From Octopus sinensis (lineage: Eukaryota), in NCBI RefSeq assembly GCF_006345805.1, contig NW_021828552.1, positions 1-7,940 of the forward strand: DNA of 7,940 bases, given 5' to 3'. Under the pieces are notes generated by a model that saw only the letters and a list, made by a program, of their open reading frames with translations, ran no database searches and was not told the origin of the DNA. This document shows, piece after piece, positions 7,228 through 7,940 of this stretch. A program made the translations under genes and the position numbers. Numbering within the stretch: position 1 is the first letter of the stretch; each line of letters begins with the position of its first letter.

Positions 7228-7322
7228 TATTTACATTATTTACATTTGACAGATATTGTCCTTATCTTGTTTGTTGTTAACACAACGTTTCGAGCTGATA
7301 TACCCTCCAGTATCTATCAGCT
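7228..7322 (-). mobile_element. Probable Penelope-like element terminal fragment with a degenerate hammerhead-like motif
   Basis: The minus strand reads CTGATAGA-TACTGGAGGGTATATCAGCT-CGAA-ACGT-T-GTGTT. This has the layout of minimal type-I hammerheads with a palindromic stem III, known from Penelope-like elements. The core and stems are imperfect. Confidence 0.45.
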
Positions 7323-7940
7323 TTCTGATGCCAGCAGATGTAATAGCTATTCTTTTATTATTTTATTCTTTTATTCTTTTATTCTTTTATTCTTTTACTT
7401 GTTTCAGTTATTTAATTGAAGCTATGCTGGTAAAGCACCTTAAGGGTTTTAGTCAAAAAATCAACCTCAGGGCTTATTCTTTGTTAGTACTTTTTCTGTT
7501 GGCCTCTTTTGCCAAGCAACTAAGCTATGGGGACATAAACACACAAGTATCGGTTGTCAAGTAATGATGGGAGGGGGTGCAATCACAGACAAACAGACAC
7601 ACATATATGACTGGCTTCTTTCAGTTTCTGTCTACTAAATCCACTCACAAGGGCTAAAATAGAAGACACTTGCTCAAGGTGTCACACAGTGGGACTGAAC
7701 CTGGAGTCATGTGCTTGGGGAAGCAAGCCTCTTACCACATAGTCACACCTGCACTATCTGAACTTCCTCCAGCTGGTTTGTATTCTAGCAGCTATGCTTT
7801 CAGAACATCCTCCTCCACTGCTAATTAGGTTCCTTTGGTAACAGAAACTTTCTACCCCCTCTAAGGAATCTCCAGGGCATTCAAGAAACTTCCCATGTGT
7901 TCTTACAGGTTTATTGGTCCTGCACATCTGCTACAAAGTC
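7323..7940 (-). pseudogene. Decayed RTE-clade LINE ORF2 fragment (C-terminal reverse-transcriptase region), split by a SINE and running off the right edge
   Basis: Minus 7938-7903 reads LCSRCAGPINL*, followed by a frameshift. Minus 7885-7757 reads LECPGDSLEGVESFCYQRNLISSGGGCSESIAARIQTSWRKFR, then a stop. After the SINE the frame resumes at 7346-7323 as LLHLLASE. This matches the RTE RT motif V(D/E)xFxYLG...GG...xxARIxxxWxKFRELxxxL. Confidence 0.85.
7351..7753 (-). mobile_element. Nearly full-length tRNA/CORE-type SINE family B with an (AAAAGAAT)n tail and a 4-bp TSD
   Basis: Minus-strand A-box-like TGACTATGTGG (7735-7745), B-box-like GGTTCAGTCCC (7691-7701) and CORE-like CCTTGAGCAAGTGTCTT. 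It has an internal short microsatellite (~7584-7608) and about 6 copies of an 8-bp tail unit (7349-7397). CTAT flanks it at 7347-7350 and 7754-7757. Confidence 0.88.

Noticed and set aside
7161-7909. 13-bp direct repeat GTGTTCTTACAGG (7161-7173 and 7897-7909), resembling splice acceptors or a TSD
   Set aside because: The second copy lies inside the RTE ORF2 remnant and the similarity does not extend on either side. I treat it as chance.

Overview
This is AT-rich, non-coding eukaryotic DNA with no supportable host gene, structural RNA gene, CRISPR array or prokaryotic feature. About half the window is simple repeat: (GGT)n/(CCA)n, (TA)n/(TG)n/(CA)n and (ATT)n. These repeats produce almost all ORFs in the supplied track. 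The rest is a layered pile of transposon debris: several tRNA-derived SINEs, a Tc1/mariner-type (Tc2/pogo-like) MITE with 25-bp TIRs and a TA target duplication, a decayed RTE-clade LINE ORF2 fragment split by a SINE, a probable RTE-type 3' end split by another SINE, and a short Penelope-like fragment with a degenerate hammerhead-like motif. The repeat families resemble those I recall from Octopus genomes, so this is probably octopus intron or intergenic DNA; that is an inference from memory and has not been checked. I see no evidence for a new biological system. The best oddities are a ~99% identical ~330-400 bp direct duplication bracketing a 306-bp insert, a perfect 32-bp nested palindrome, the hammerhead-like relic, and clear nested-insertion chronologies.
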